This document shows, piece by piece, positions 27,101 to 40,330 of a stretch of 64,000 nt of DNA. Made by a program: the position numbers and the translations under genes. The stretch comes from Schmidtea polychroa. Taxonomy: Eukaryota. The DNA is taken from NCBI GenBank assembly GCA_044892525.1, contig CM097885.1:4218001-4282000 (forward strand), written 5' to 3'. Under the pieces are notes generated by a model. That model made no database searches, had not been told where the DNA came from, and worked only from the letters and a program-made list of their open reading frames with translations. Each line of letters starts with the position of its first letter. Positions within the stretch are counted from its first letter, which is position 1.

Positions 27101-27767
27101 CATCTTTGATCTGTTTTCATTTACGATTTCATTTATCTTCATTTGATTTTCGATTATAGATTAAGGATAATAGCTCCTTATATGCCGTAACACATTACCA
27201 AGTTTCGCAACACTTAAATTTTTTTGTGATATAACTAAAAATAATTATTAAAAAAAAGTATTCAATCATAAACAATTTTAAAATGAAAATCCTTCTCTTT
27301 TATACATAAAAGATGAAATAATTATAAATATCACAGGTAACTAAACTGACAATTAAACAAGTTATGACCACCTAACACAAAATTTTGTAGTTATATCATA
27401 TTAGTCTTAACAGATGGCACATAAATCGTTCACAGTCAGTTATATAGTTTCCTAACTTACAATTGTTATCATTAGTAACAGCAATAAACAACAAAGCTTT
27501 ATACAAAACGCATAGTATCCAAAATCCTTCATTAGAAACAATTTAAATAATTACAAAGGTGTGCAAAATAGAAAATGATTGGAAGAGTTGAGGAATGACA
27601 AGGTGGTATTGACAAGAGGAGGATGGTTAAATATGCATCGTGGTTTGTGCGCGTTGATTATTGATTTTATTTGCCTGTTGGGGTGCGTGGACAGGCGCGA
27701 GGTATTTTTTTCAAAATTACAAAGGTTCGGTTTTTATAATTTTGAATGGTTTCAAAGAAAGAAATTA

Positions 27768-28040
27768 TGACAGACAGACGATACAATTTTTGAACCACTG
27801 TCGAAAGAGAAATTGTTCAAGATATTAATGAAAAGCTTTCCTATATCGCTCTTGTTTTTGAATACGAATTTCCAGATGGACAAACTATAACTTTTGGAAA
27901 TGAAAAATTCCGTTGTCCTGAATCAATGTTTCAACCATCTTTCGTGGGAATGGAAACTGTTGATATTCATAAGACGACCTATAACAGCATGATGAAATTT
28001 CGATGTGGATATTCGAAAGGATTTATATACGATAACAATA
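27768..28040 (+). pseudogene. Second actin pseudogene fragment
   Basis: [68 protein letters not shown], then frameshifted DVDIRKDLY. Confidence 0.88.
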
Positions 28041-28417
28041 AGGAATTAATAGCATCAGTAAAATATCCTATTCTTTCAAAGTACCTAACTAAACCCTGCA
28101 CATCTTATGCATAATTATTTAAATGAACATTCATTAAAAATATTAAAAAAATATAAACATACACAAAATAAATGTGCTTACCTTTTGATATAACTACTTC
28201 CCAAAATAAACAATAATGTAGGTATTATAACCACTATTTTACAAAGCACATATTTTAAACTGTGACAACGAGTGAAATAAAATGTTACGTTTGCTAGCCG
28301 GCAGAACGTATATTAACGAGTATAGACTTAACTAGTCGAAAATACTATAAACAAAAGTGGGACAAGCGTTGGTTGTAATAGCACAGATAAGCCATCTATA
28401 TATTTTTTTAAATTGAC

Positions 28418-28454
28418 TGGGGCATATATGTCCCGACAGTGGTCAAAGGGTTAA
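28418..28454. mobile_element. Solitary piggyBac-type terminus
   Basis: GGGGCATATATGTCCCGACAGTGGTCAAAGGG followed by TTAA. No partner end found. Confidence 0.5.
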
Positions 28455-28941
28455 AGAGTAAAATGTTATTTAGAATTAATATTATTTTTAAATTTAAAAA
28501 ATTTCATAAAATATAATAAGAATTATAAGAACTTTTTCCAATTTCACCACTGATTATTTTTTCCATTGAATTTATTAAAAAGAGAGCTTGAAGACTATAA
28601 ATCAAGACTATAAATATTACTGACTTATAGTCTTCAAATATATTATTAACCTAAAAAATATTTCCCTAACAAGGATTTGTTTCTTCATGTTGATTTAATT
28701 TCGTCAAAATAAAATTCTATCACTTGTTTCAATGAAAATTAAATCTAGAGAAATAAAATTTTTATGAAAAATATAATTTACTTTGAAATTTCCGAAACAA
28801 TTTGATTGATGTAATCTAAAATTATTCTAAAATTTCTTTGCTTGAGTTTGTAACACTGGATCAGATAATGGAACACCATCCATTCTTTCACCAACAAAAA
28901 AATCAAAAACATTTATCAAAAATGGTGTTTTCTGCAGATAT

Positions 28942-29500
28942 GGCTCTTTCACACGACATTTCATCACGCGACAACCTATCACGTTGAATAATAATAAGAT
29001 TTTATTCGTGTGAATGGATATAATTGAAAAAAAATGAGGGAACAACATCGAAGGTTCCATCATCCTACCAAAGATTGGCTCTTTCGAATTCCGAAAGTAT
29101 ACCTCGGGAATCGAATATAATTATTCTTTCAGCTCCTAATCCATCGTCTACAAGTATGATATCGTTAAGATGATTATTTGAAGCCTTGGCTCGTTGTAAT
29201 GTTCTTGTAAGAGATTGTTTTTCAGAAGTCCCAGCATTATTTGAGGAGTTACCATTTCGTTTACGGACCCAATAATAAAATTTAGATTTTCAGCAGTAGT
29301 TAATGCACGATTTTTATTTCTTGAACTGCAATTCTTGCTAACGAACGCTATATATTACCAGTGTGATTGTGAGCTGAATTATTTTTATTGACCAAATTGG
29401 AAATCCATTTGTAATCGTTTATTTAATAAAATTATATTTATTAATTAAAAATATATGAAGTGATAAGTTGTCGCGTGATAAATTGTCTGTACACGGAAGA
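28942..29500 (-). mobile_element. Internally deleted Mutator/MULE element
   Basis: An IR of about 30 bp (ATCACGCGACAAC core; 28953-28982 vs 29460-29490) flanks a minus-strand fragment ERIIIF...LW*DDGTFDVVPSFF, resembling the MULE RILIF..W..DGTF..VP region. Confidence 0.65.
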
Positions 29501-29768
29501 TTCTTACACATTGAGTTCTCTAGTCAGTTTGTTTTGTTCCTTTTCTAATTCTATCTATAACAATGTTTATAAAAACATAAAATTGTTTTGACAGTTTGCA
29601 ATTGATTTAAATTTATAATGATTGATTTTAAAATACAAAGCAAAATATTTTGTTTAGTTACTTCCACGGTTGGATTTATCAATTGATAAGTGACATCGTA
29701 ATTGACAATTACTCAGTTACACTGGTATAACCATGGTATAATTATATGTAAAGTGGACTCGCGTGTTT

Positions 29769-29799
29769 TTGAACTACGTCTTAGCGGGTTCCGACTGTA
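29769..29799. mobile_element. Solitary pogo/Tigger-like terminus
   Basis: ...TTAGCGGGTTCCGACTG|TA, whose reverse complement is TA|CAGTCGGAACCCGCTAA. Confidence 0.4.
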
Positions 29800-30019
29800 T
29801 TAATAAAACAAAATCTTAAGCTTTATAATAAAATATTAAAAAATTATAAATTTTTTAAAATTTATATTATTACAAATTACATATATTTCTGATATATTTT
29901 TTGCCAGATATAATTTTACCTACTTATTGCTGTGAATTTATAACTTTTACATTCTGAGAATTTTAATCATATATTTTCAATAAGTTTAGATAAAGATAGA
30001 TTTGACATTAAGCAAACTT

Positions 30020-30350
30020 CAAAATGACTTTTATGTGACATATGACATTGACCTATATAATTAATGCCAACTGTTTAGGTAGATGAGCTAACTTAATTTA
30101 TAGTTGATCTTAAATAAATAAAATATTATTTTTAATAATAATATTTTAAATATAACCTACTTAATTTTGAGTTGACCTACATATTTTATAAGTGTAGATT
30201 TGGCATTTTTAACCTTAAGATAACGTCATGACTTTTACGTAACCGTGACCTTAATTTTGACTTATCAAACATGAATAATCTTTTTTATATCTGGAATTTT
30301 TTTTACCTTTAAAAGTTGATCTCCTTTTTAGTGGGTTGATCTATATCTCA
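30020..30350 (+). repeat. Degenerate TGACCT/TGATCT repeat cluster
   Basis: Repeated TTGACCT, TGACTTT and TTGATCT motifs, probably from a non-autonomous element. Confidence 0.3.
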
Positions 30351-31499
30351 CGGAGATCATGCGTAAATATTTCTAAAATTATAAAATTACAATTAAGTAA
30401 AAATTTTCATTTCCTCATAATTTTTTTACCTATCAATTTTTTATATACGTGGTTTCAGTCAGCAACAAAAATTTTATAATGAAAAAGTAATCAATAATTG
30501 TGGTGTATTTAGGAATCGATTTCGGGAAATCACTTGTAATTTTATTGATAATATTTAAAACTTCTATTATTAACACTTTTGTGGTTTCTGATACACATAT
30601 GTACATATATAAGTACTAAACGCTTTTAATAAGGTTAAAGTTAGTTCAGCAGTGTCCTCATCTTCGGAAAAAGTTATGATACCGTCACTATTTTTCACTT
30701 TACTCGAGTATATGTATTCACATGTACCATAAAAAAACGTTCAGAAGGGTTAAATAATTAATTTCTTCTTGTGTCTTCATTAAAATGCCATCAAACACTG
30801 CAAGAAAGGAATTGTACGAATACAGGTGTAAAATTTCGTAGGTCAATTTTGCATATGACATAAATATATATATTGTTGAGTTAATTTTTGTTATTGACAA
30901 TGTCATTTTAAAATCCATTGTTAGTGTAAGTTGGAAACATAATATAATTACCAGATAATAATAATACAATATCAAATGGCTTACATGACACAGGTTTGAA
31001 CTTTATTGTGACGTTTAAAGCATACCTGATACATATCTCGGAAAATACATCGTCAATATTGATGACGGAAATCCAGAATTATCGATTACAATGGTTCAAC
31101 TTTACAAGCATTTCAAAATTATTAAATAAAAAGGATTACAAAATTTGGGGAAATATTAATATTTCTAGTCTTAAAAGAATTCATAATTTTGAGCAATATG
31201 GTGTTGTAATCATTAAATAAGAGCTCTATTTATTTCCTATGTTGCGAAAAAAATTTATTTCAATATTATTGAGTAATTGTGTTTAGTTATTTATTTTCAT
31301 TTCCTTAATTTTGTTCCTATACACCTGGTTTCAGTCAGCAACAATTCTTATAATGAAACAAAGTTGCCAAAATTGGGGCTTGAAATTGAGATGAACTAAC
31401 TTCCTCCATACAGCGTGCGTGATATATAAGTCCATTTTATAAATAATATAAACGATAATAAATAGGGAAAAATATATTATATACAAATTTTTGGAGTAA

Positions 31500-32943
31500 T
31501 CAGCTATCATCTTCATCGACCTCTTGTTCGATCTCAATCCCCAACAGAGTACCAGAATTTACCATATCAGATATTAAATCATCTGACATATAACTTTTTA
31601 ATATTTTATCTTTCTTTAAATTTACAACAGCTTTCTCAATCTAGAATTTTATAAATCTTATACAAATTGATATATTCAATTTACTTCCTGCTGGCTCGGA
31701 ACAATGATATTTTGAAACATTTTGACTCGTGATTCAAGATTGGATACTGATTCATCTATAGTGATGTCTTTTCGGAAATCATTATATATTGCGCCTCTTT
31801 CGACGTCTGCAGGATTGTCGCCAGTTTTATAAATATCTGTTTCGACTTCCTCATGCTTTTGTCCACCTTTTCTCATTTTAAGGAATAACGTGTGTCGATA
31901 TTCATTTTCAGCAACTTCTTCTATCGGTAAAATCACGCCATCTGCTTCGTCTAGAAAACCGTAATATTGATTGCTCAGATCAACTCGAACTTTCTTCATA
32001 ACTCCATCAGCTGTAAAAAAATGAAAATGCCTACTAAATCTTTGATTTATATTTGAAATGAAAATTTAAATTAAAGTATTAAATTTGAAGAAAATATAAA
32101 ATTTTCAAAGAATTTCCAAAGGATTCAAGATCGATTTCAAATAAGATTACAGTAGGCAACAGAGACATTTCTTTATAGTTAGGTTCCAAATATTTCATGA
32201 AGTGAAATTAGATTCCAATTACTGTTTATATATATTTCAATAAGAGATTATGAATTAAAACAATGGAATGAAGATTGTTGTTTATTCAGCAAAAAAAAAT
32301 TATTTATCATTTGATAATTATCAATTATTTATACTTACATTCGTTTTGAAAAAGTTCTCTGACACCTGGTAAATCTTTACAAGCGCCAAAATAACGATAA
32401 CCCCAATTTCCAGGTAACGCCTTCCCTTCTTTTTCCATTAGCATAAATGAATTTAGCTAAAAAATATAATCCTAGATATACATTTCATATTTTACAGGAT
32501 TACTTTGTGATCCGTACCACCTAATTCGACAATACGATCCTCCCAGTGGCTTTTATCGCGAAATAACCTATTGATTTCATCATTTAGATCTCTCAGTTTA
32601 AATTCTCCCAAAGATGCTTAAAATTAAATAATGAAAAAATATATGGTTTACAAAACTTACAATTTTGAATTTGAGTTATTTTTCTAGTTATTTCACTTAG
32701 TATTTGCCTTCTGAACATATTAGCGTCCTTCAAACTGTTACATTCAGTAGGTAATTTTGGTCTTTCCCTAAACGAAATCTTATCTTCGTACACAGCTCTC
32801 CATCGGGCTAGAGCTGTCCTTTATAAACAGAATTAAAATTTTATTTAGTAACAAAATACCAACATCTTCTTTTCTGCGCTGCGTGCCTAAAATATAAGGC
32901 ATTTATGAAAATTTCCAAAATAAAATAAATGAAAACGTACCAT
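31500..32943 (-). CDS. ISY1: Pre-mRNA splicing factor ISY1; exons 32941-32943, 32864-32886, 32661-32818, 32504-32616, 32339-32456, 31685-32010, 31500-31640
   Basis: The spliced product reads MARSAEKKMTALARWR...ITQIQNSSLGEFKLRDLNDEINRLFRDKSHWEDRIVELGG...GYRYFGACKDLPGVRELF...YYGFLDEADG...VPSQQEIEKAVV. All six introns are GT-AG with consistent phases. Confidence 0.94.
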
Positions 32944-35900
32944 TTACAAATATTTCGTAACAGTATTTTATTTGAAATTAAAATTAAAACAAATTTATTA
33001 TTAATTATTAAATATATAAATTTTAAATTATAAATAAAATTTTTTAATAATAATTTTTTAAAAACAATTTTAAATAGTCAATTATATTTAAACTTTTAAA
33101 AATTATTTAAAAAATATTATTTTAATTATTTTTTTTAATTATTTAACATAACTTATTAATATACATCAACATACAAAAACTTAATTAAAAACATTCAACA
33201 CACACGTATTCACTGCATTCTGCACATTGAATTTAGGATTAAAAGTTCTTATCAATAATGCTTCACATATCACACGCTCAAAACAATTATCAAATTTTTT
33301 GATAAGATTTTAAAATCAGGCATTCCTAATTCTCTCATACAGTGGACAGTGTCATAATTTACAAATGTTACTGTTTTTTTAAAAAGATTTAATATTTTTG
33401 TATAAATAGTATTTTTGAAAACGTTTATTATTTTTGTTTTTTAAAATTTAAAATTTTATATTTTACTTCTTTTGCTTTCTTTGTTTTTGTAAACCATAAA
33501 TTTAATAGAATTAGCCCTGAATAAAAAAAGAATTATACATATTGATTAAGTTTAAGATATAATAGAGTTCGGACCTAATCAATTTCGATAGGGCTTCACA
33601 GCCCATGTAAAAAACTCGGTTTTCTTTTTTAATTGTGATCTGTTTTCATTTCAAATTTCCTATTTTTATTTTGTTTAGAGTGAAGATTAATTTTTTATAT
33701 TCTATTTTTCAGATAAATAAGTATTTGTTAAGACTGAACTATTTCAGTACTTTTCAAACTTTGAAAATACGGTATATCTGCGCTCAAAATCGTATATATC
33801 AATATCATGCTGTTGCTTCTTACCTTCACTTATTTACTTTCTACTTTCATTCTACTTTCACTCATTTGAATATATTTTTAAATGGAAAAATCAATGAATT
33901 TATATTATAGGAAACACACCAACTTACCTGTGTATTGATAAATCTATTAGGTACTAGTTGATAACGGGTGGCTAACACTTATTTCTGCATATTCAAATCT
34001 TATGATTCTTACTGTCAGTATTTTGTCAAAGCAATCTAAGTCTAAATATTATTTCAAGCATTTTTACAATAATCGTCTAATATTATAATTATACAAAGAG
34101 TGGCCAAATTATTATATATATGTAACTATTATATGTAAAAAATATTAATTAAAACCATTAAGAATCATTAAATAAAAAAAGTTAATGGTGACTTAAGGCT
34201 TAAAATTACATATTACTGCAATTTAAATACGAGACTCTAACTGAAAACCTTTTTACTCACGCAACTAAATCTATTTTTTATTGGAATTATTTATATTATG
34301 GAGTGAGTGTTGTGTAGATATGCCGTGTTTGCATGTTTTCACTTACCGAAGTTTTTTCTGTTCTTTATTATACAATTTCTATCTAAATGATTAGATAGAT
34401 ACTTTTTGATTTTCCTACTTCGCCGTTTGCCTGGTGTTTAATTTGTATATCTCATCTTTCCTCATTCATTTTCTAATTGTGTTAATGTTTTCCTTTCAAA
34501 TTTTTGAGTCTTCCTGATCTTGATTTAATTCAATATCAGCTATTTTAATTAAATATTTTCTTAATTGTTATTAATTAGATCAAATATTATGTTGAAAATG
34601 ATTTCTCAAATACTATGAGCGGTCATTTATTTATTAAAAAACTGTTACGGTTAATTCAAGCAAAATTTTAAACTACCTGGGCCACCTAGAACAACTTGGT
34701 AGACTTGTTAAAGCCCATGAAGTGTCCTTCAGAGAAGAGTGTACTTTGCTTAGGGGTAATTTGGTTGGAATTTCTACAGCTCCTAACGAACGAAGCCCGA
34801 ACTCTTAACCGGATCTGACCATTATATTGCATGGGGTGTCTCTGAAATATGTCAAATAAAATATAAGAAACAATCATTCTAATTCTAATTATAATCTTTA
34901 CCTGGTTCAAAGCCAACACATTTTTTGGAGTCAGCGTTTAATCAACGTAATGGTGATTTCGACTCAACTATATCATGCTAAAAATACGTTTAGGGATTTT
35001 AACAATTAAAAATATTTTATTAAAAACATGTTTTAAAAATTTTTTTTAAAATTATAACATTTTTGTTTGTGCAAACATGCAATATAAATCAATAATTCTA
35101 CACAAATAAAATTTAACTTTTACTGATAAATATTTTCTTAATATTATTTAGTGATACCCGTTATTTTATTAAGTAATACAGATTATATATTAACACTATT
35201 GAGTTGATTGTGCTTTATACGCTCAGTCAATATTTCTATTTTTGTTTGTTTTATTTGCGACAATTTATTTACACAATATAAAACAAATTCCATTTTCATT
35301 GAAAATTGACAATAGTGGAATATGGTTTGGTTGACAATTTTTAGTGTCATCTGTTTCATGTAAGCTTCGATTGCAAGCTTCTATGTACTTACAGACATAC
35401 ATACATACATACATACCAAGGGAATAATTATATTAGAATGTGACCATGTTATATGATACCTGATTCACACAGAGTTCATATAAACATTAATATATACATT
35501 TACTTCATAATTATGTTCAACAAAGACTTCTATTATGGGCAGAAACTAAAAATAAATTACAATAAAATAACAATGAAAGTTAAACATAATTGTATATTAT
35601 TTATTTGTGCCTCTGTCCTATAAATGAAAAGATTGATTATGATGAACCCTCACAAATATTTTTATAATAATACAAATATATACCAAACTTTTAAAGATCT
35701 AATCCTTTGAAGTAGTCACTCCGAGTTCTTTAAATATTACTTATTTATATTGGGTTTTTATTTGAAAGTCGGTTCTCTCTCTGATTCCTCGTGTTCTTAT
35801 TCAACCAAATTAACTCGAAACCCAACACAGAGTAATTTTAATTTAATTTCAATCAAATTACAATTTGTCACTATTTGCACCTTTCGCTCAAGACAAATTG

Positions 35901-36751
35901 TTTCTTATTTAAAACCACAATACCTTTTAATTACCATTAATTCACTGTTATGAATTCTTAACGAGCATATTTATTTGATATTATGTTTCGTCGTACGTTA
36001 TTGTATTTTATTATTTGTTATGTTTTGTGATAAGAAATGGAAGTGCCCAATAGAGTTGCCGTTAAAAATATCGTGCCGGGGCAATTGGGGTGCTTGTATG
36101 TAACTTGATGAACTAAATACAACCACAATACTATTTCAGTTCCATTAACCTTGACCATTTTTTTCTCTTAAATCTATTAAGTATTTTTCCATATGTTCTT
36201 ATCGCCTGGATAGGTGTCGAACAATTGAACTACTCGAGAATTTGTCAATCATTTAATTTTAGTGGTGTCATGTTGGTTGGTCGCATTTTTTTAATATATG
36301 GTCTTATATATTCTGGATCTGAAATTGATAATTCTTTAATTTTAGGCAAGATAAAGGTTTTATTATGTTGTCTTTTAAATAGGTTCGTTTGATATCTACG
36401 TCAATATATTTATTTATTAAAGGATATTTACAGTTTTCATAAGTAATCAAATATTTATTTGCCCTTAACATTTATGTCTAAGGTCAGAATAAGCAAGATT
36501 TATATCAATAATCTACTGCTTGCTTACACGGAAAGTTTTCCTTCAAATATTGCTTAAAATATTTTTGTCATTTGCAAGCATCTGTTGACTTTTAGTTAAT
36601 TGACTTTCCTACGACTCATAACATCAAAGAATTGCCGAATTTCGCTTGACCTCAGTAGTTAATTATACTTAGAATTTAAATATCCATTATTTTCTACTAT
36701 TTCAAATTTTGCTTAAATTATCTTTGCTGGTTTTTATGACATTTCTTTTAG

Positions 36752-37093
36752 GTTGCTAATGAATTAGACAGTGAAAAATTACAAATCCTTGCAAATAAAC
36801 TTGTTGCATTTTTGGCTGAAAAAAGACTAATTTCACAAAAATATTCTAATGTGGTAACTCTTCACATGACTCTGCTCAATGCTTCTTTTCTCTCAGAACA
36901 GGATCTTGCACTGGATACTGCTAATGACGCAAAAAATCCAAAACATTTCGATTGCTCGAATATTCTGAAGAAATTTTCTGATTGGGACTTTGGATTTTTA
37001 GATGTCAATGAAATTATTCTTTCAAAGCGTCATGGTACTTCACAAGGAAGTTATTACGCTAAGGCCGCAACATTTAAACTCGGACCAGAATAG
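36752..37093 (+). CDS. ASCC1: ASCC1 terminal exon 3 (second HxT motif of the 2H phosphoesterase fold)
   Basis: VANELDSEKLQILANKLV...VTLHMTLLN...FDCSNILKKFSDWDFG...ILSKRH...YY..A, ending at TAG. In frame with exon 2. Confidence 0.88.
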   Translation, partial: VANELDSEKLQILANKLVAFLAEKRLISQKYSNVVTLHMTLLNASFLSEQDLALDTANDAKNPKHFDCSNILKKFSDWDFGFLDVNEIILSKRHGTSQGSYYAKAATFKLGPE

Positions 37094-37239
37094 ACTTAAA
37101 CTGAATCATTCTGTAAACTTTATTTATTAACATGTTTCGATTATCTTAATAAATATTTTATTTCAATGATTAGTTCTTAGATATTTTTCTTCTTGAAATG
37201 AAAATAATAATTAGTAAAAATCTTAATAAAACAAAATAA

Positions 37240-39200
37240 AATTTATATATTATCGAAGAGGATTGGAAATTGATTTAGTGGAGAGTCCATCGGTAGAAAA
37301 TACCTTTAACTATTGCAATCGAAATGTTATTTGCAAATACTATAGCGCACATTGTCACTCACTGATGGCTTCATAACTTTGATGTTCTTTCAATGCTTCG
37401 AGTTTCGAGAGGTTTTCCTATTTGATTCCTGTTGAAATGTATTTATTGAAGTCCTCAACAGTGAGGTCATTAGAATTAACAGCTTTTATATTTGGCCTCT
37501 TTCTTTTTAGGGTGTTTTGAAAGAAATTCGAATTCGTCCGTCGTTTCATCGAAGCAAGTAATCGTGATCTGGGATCATCAACATTATCGCGACTTTGTTG
37601 TTGGGTTTCAATGGACTTTGACATCATCGTCATCACCTCCATCGTTGTATATAATATAATGCTTTCTCTAAAGTTTGATTCATTCTTTAAAAATTTCCAA
37701 TTTTTTTGAACAATATCAATCGTTATTCCTGCTCTTTATCAAGAACTCCTGGATTGTCCTGAAACTTGAGAAGACTCACTGTTAATTTAGGTCTTCTCTT
37801 ATTAATCATATTCTCAAGTTCTTATCTCAGGAATAATTTCTGATGAAGTCGCATTTCTTTCAACAAAAATTCCAAAGCTCTTTCTGGCATTCATCGCCAC
37901 TTATGACATTCATTGCCATTGTACTTGGTTACAGAGTTGAGTACACTAGATTCCAAGTATTCATACCGATTAAGTCTGTAATCCTTGAGTTTTTCACACC
38001 TCGCATCATGTCATTGAAAGCAGTTAATATTTCCAATGAACTCTTCCAATTTGTCTTGACGTCGACGGCTAGTAGTTAGAATTAGCAGTTTCCTTCAAGA
38101 CTTTGACCAAGTTCAAATTGTATTTGAACTTTCTGATGGATTCTCGAACATCTTCATTTTTTGTAATACTCAGTACTGGGTTATACTCTTCAGTGACTAT
38201 CTATTCGTCAGTTATTGCGACATCACAACCATCACTATTCTCGGAATCTGACTCATAGCAACTGTGAGAGCCATAAACTGTTCTCATCATACTATTACTG
38301 CTTGCAACACTTCCTATAATATCTACGTCCATCAGTTCGTTATCATCGCAATCAATATCACTGGATTCGTCAGACATTGAGGAAGAAGAATCATCACAGT
38401 TGTGATCAGCAGCAATATATTTTGGTTTCTTTCGAGTTGTAGCGCGTTATACACAATTGCGGATGCCGTGATCATAACAGATATGTGGTTAAGTCAATTA
38501 GACAATCGACCACATTTGATACAAACAGCTGTGTCATCCGTAGTTTGTCCAATACAACCCTTGCCAGGATCAACCTTGAATATTACCAATTGTTGATTTT
38601 GTAATCTCACTTGTGTTTTTCGCCTCATTCCAAGATTCTAATTGTAACCATTCGGCCTAAAAAGATTTCTTTCATTTGCTTGAATGTTGGTTCATCGCTG
38701 ACGAAGGAAAATCGAGCTCTTTGCGACTTCATCAACTAAATGTCGTTTTAAAAAGTTTTTTTCGCAAAGCTCTGTAAACGGTCTGTTTTTTTCAGTGTTT
38801 CAACTTAAGTGTAACATTCTATCAACTTCTGTGTCACAGGATTCATGATTTTATTAAAACAGAGGCCGGCGTCTGCACAACCAGTTTTGCAATAGTTTCA
38901 TGAGTTATTGAGAGTTTTTCTTTGAAATATCTATCGATCGTTTTCCGCTGAGATAGGATTGCAGCAGAATCTTTTATTTTTCTGGTTGAACGTATCAATA
39001 TTTATGAAACTTCCACAGGTGAGAATAAATCTGTTCGTTTGATGAGTTTGTTCTTTCCTCAGAACAAAGATTGCATTCCACCGTGAATTTATCGTTTTTC
39101 AACATTTTGCAATGACATTTATATCCCTTAATCTCGTTTTTGATTCTTTCTCGTAATGGAATCTCGTTCAGCCGAGACCGAGATCCCAAGACGAGCGAGA
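37240..39200 (-). mobile_element. Decayed hAT transposase with an N-terminal BED-like zinc finger
   Basis: Minus-strand fragments in the expected order: VECNLC...IYSHLWKFH (BED-like), TTDDTA..CYDH (catalytic D and CxxH), VDVKTNWKSS (DVxTRWNS-like), KVFSTDG (ERVFSxxG-like). Many stops and frameshifts. Confidence 0.6.
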
Positions 39201-39559
39201 TCTGGAAGTATAAAATCAACCTCACCGTAAATATATCCACTTTATTGATTAATATATCCATTCTGAAAATTAAAAAAAATGTAAATAAATTAAAAATTAA
39301 ACACAAAATATATATAAAAATAGAGGAAACAAATAGAAATTTGGAAAACAAAGTAAATAGACCTATTAGAATAAATAAATTAAAAAGTATATATTATATA
39401 AAACTTAAATAAAATCAACTATTTTCATATTTATTCAGAAACATTCATGAAAAATATTAGCATAAGATAATTTTTATTAAAAGAATTCAAGATTAAATGA
39501 TTTGCAACAATAACTTCTCATAGATATGAAATATTCAAGCATCGAAATATTAGCGTTGT

Positions 39560-40330
39560 TATTAAATTGAGTTATGACTCTTCTTACATGTTATTCTTTT
39601 AAATTAGCCTGTGTCCTGCTAAGCGGCCTTATCGCTCTGAAACGGGCCTTTAAAATACCAAAAGCATTTTCAATAGGATTGAACTGTGGAGAGTAACTTG
39701 TTTTTTGCATCTAAATTTTTTTTTACTACATTACTAAGATGAAAAGGCACATTGTCTCAAATTACATAGTCATCTTGTTTTTATCTACAATTTTAGTCAA
39801 AAAACGTAAATACCTTTCCGTATTGTAGGCACTATCTTTTATTTCATAATCCACTATCCCGTTTATTATTATACATGTCAACAATGAAATATTTGTACCT
39901 TTTGATTTTGGTACCCTAATATATGCATTTGTGTTTATCGGGCTGTAACCATAGTCTGTTGATGTATGAAGGTTACATCGTGTTTCATTAATATAAAAAA
40001 GTCTGCTATCTGGTATCTTTCGCAGATTAATTGCATAGTTTTGCCTTTTAAATCTGTGATCTGGCAAATCACAATATCTACAAGCTTTGTTAATCGTTTT
40101 GTGGTTCCAATTTTTTTAAAATTTAATGAAATAGAAGGCTGAGAAATATTAATGCCTCCTTCCATCATTTTTTCTTAAATCCCAACTGTGTCAAGTTTTT
40201 TTCCATAGCAATTATTTCAAAAAGACTGCGTTGCACAGGTACTTCCGAGGATTATTTACGCTCACGTTTTATGAAAAAGTTTCGATCGTACCTCCATTTT
40301 CAACGTGCGTATAGTAATTTTAAAGTTTTT
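39560..40330 (-). mobile_element. Tc1/IS630-like DDE transposase pseudogene
   Basis: FYINET..N..T..YGYSP, KGTNISLL..I...G, DNVPFH and YSPQFNPIENAFGILKARF, with frameshifts. Confidence 0.8.

Larger units (their letters stand above)
4836..36751 (+). other. ASCC1 intron 2 (31,916 nt)
   Basis: GT donor after ...VLYGK and TTTCTTTTAG acceptor before VANELDSEKLQ. The phase-0 join gives a continuous 354-aa ASCC1. Confidence 0.8.
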
